The translations under genes were made by a program, and so were the position numbers. A model generated the notes under the pieces. It was not told where the DNA came from. It did not search any database and saw only the letters and a program-made list of their open reading frames with translations. Shown here one piece after another: positions 63,248-64,000 of a stretch of 64,000 nt of DNA; position 1 is the first letter of the stretch; every line of letters starts with the position of its first letter. The DNA is taken from IMG/VR virus record IMGVR_UViG_3300042516_005475, positions 124,001 through 188,000 of that record; one strand, written 5' to 3'.

Positions 63248-63687
63248 GTATTATTTTAGAGGCAGTTAAAGAGAGTATCTCCTTTAATTATAACAAAGGG
63301 GATAGAATCACGGTAACTAGTGCTTTCTTAAAAGACAAACGAAAACTAGATCCAAAGATTAGAGCTGATTTGCAGAGACTACTTCGTACCTGGCAGCGCA
63401 GAGGGGGAGTAGATTTTCCTATTTTCGAATTTAAGAACCGTAGAAAGTTTCCAATGGACTTTGGAGATAGCAGAGGAATAGTTAAATCTTGTATGCCTCA
63501 ATATGGCATTGAATTGCGTAAGAGAGTACCTCCAGTACATCTTAACGTGTTTATTACTGAAACTAATCCTATCTTTGGTAACCCAAAGACTCCTAACCCC
63601 AAGGGTAAGCTATTCATTTTTGACCGAATTTTCGATAATTACGACAAATATAGGAATTATATCTCAGAAAAATACGAAGGCTGCTAA
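63244..63687 (+). CDS. Hypothetical protein
   Basis: ORF track. Confidence 0.5.
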   Translation: MSIILEAVKESISFNYNKGDRITVTSAFLKDKRKLDPKIRADLQRLLRTWQRRGGVDFPIFEFKNRRKFPMDFGDSRGIVKSCMPQYGIELRKRVPPVHLNVFITETNPIFGNPKTPNPKGKLFIFDRIFDNYDKYRNYISEKYEGC

Positions 63688-63690
63688 CTT

Positions 63691-63725
63691 TTCCTGTTGC
63701 AGTTCCTGTCCGAGGCATCTATACT
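63691..63725 (+). promoter_or_regulatory. TTCCTG-box sigma70-like promoter
   Basis: TTCCTG-TTGCAG-TTCCTG..17..TATACT. Confidence 0.8.
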
Positions 63726-63744
63726 GAATACAGAAAATAAAATT

Positions 63745-64000
63745 ATGAACAACGACGAAGTTATTATCCACGGTGAGTGCATGGTGTTTAAGAGCTCCAT
63801 CCCTCAGAAGGCTAAGAAGATGAAGACTGCTGCTCAGCCTTATGTTATTGTGGCACCTAGCGAGACTACTGGTAACCACCACGTGGTCGACCTCAAGCCT
63901 GGTGTCGCATTCTACGAGTACGAAGACGTTCTCTTCATGGAGAACGAAGTCGAGACTACTATTCGCTGCGTGGTTGCTGATCGCCACGACGAGATTACTC
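63745..64000 (+). CDS. Early hypothetical phage protein (HGE...ETTGNHH motif), runs off the window end
   Basis: Manual translation MNNDEVIIHGECMVF...SETTGNHHVV...RHDEIT. Confidence 0.65.
   Translation, partial: MNNDEVIIHGECMVFKSSIPQKAKKMKTAAQPYVIVAPSETTGNHHVVDLKPGVAFYEYEDVLFMENEVETTIRCVVADRHDEIT

Noticed and set aside
1-64000. Stop-codon reassignment (alternative genetic code)
   Set aside because: Recognisable genes (rfbA, rfbB, thyX, uvsE, RNA ligase) are full length in the standard code, TAG and TGA both end genes, and no suppressor tRNA is present.
1-64000. Eukaryotic giant virus or bacterial chromosome origin
   Set aside because: tmRNA, CCA-encoded tRNAs, sigma70 promoters and holin/lysozyme argue against an NCLDV. 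T4-like late elements, dense small ORFans and the absence of housekeeping operons argue against a chromosome.

Overview
AT-rich 64 kb segment of a large tailed bacteriophage (jumbo-type, T4-like gene logic). No core capsid or polymerase genes fall in the window. Contents: (i) 23 tRNA genes plus a tmRNA in several arrays; (ii) a tRNA-Lys(UUU) split after the wobble base by a 244-nt group I intron, flanked by a cyclic-phosphate-processing receiver protein, an array of unexplained tRNA-like/structured RNAs and an RNA ligase; (iii) a free-standing Vsr-like endonuclease inserted at tRNA-fMet with duplication of the tRNA 3' end; (iv) many dispersed glycan-modification genes (rmlA, rmlB, GT4/GT9/GT10-like, FkbM methyltransferases, NTP-transferase-HAD, LicD-like); (v) thyX, UvsE, thermonuclease, Cas4-like exonuclease, a SET-domain protein, a trypsin-like protease, a prepilin-like protein and a putative lysis block; (vi) probable head-packaged proteins sharing a T4-CTS-like N-terminus. 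Two promoter classes are visible: sigma70-like promoters carrying a conserved TTCCT(G) box beside the -35, and a late ATAAATA element usually exactly 12 nt before the start codon, implying leaderless mRNAs. All protein calls come from motif recognition by eye, and no database searches were run.
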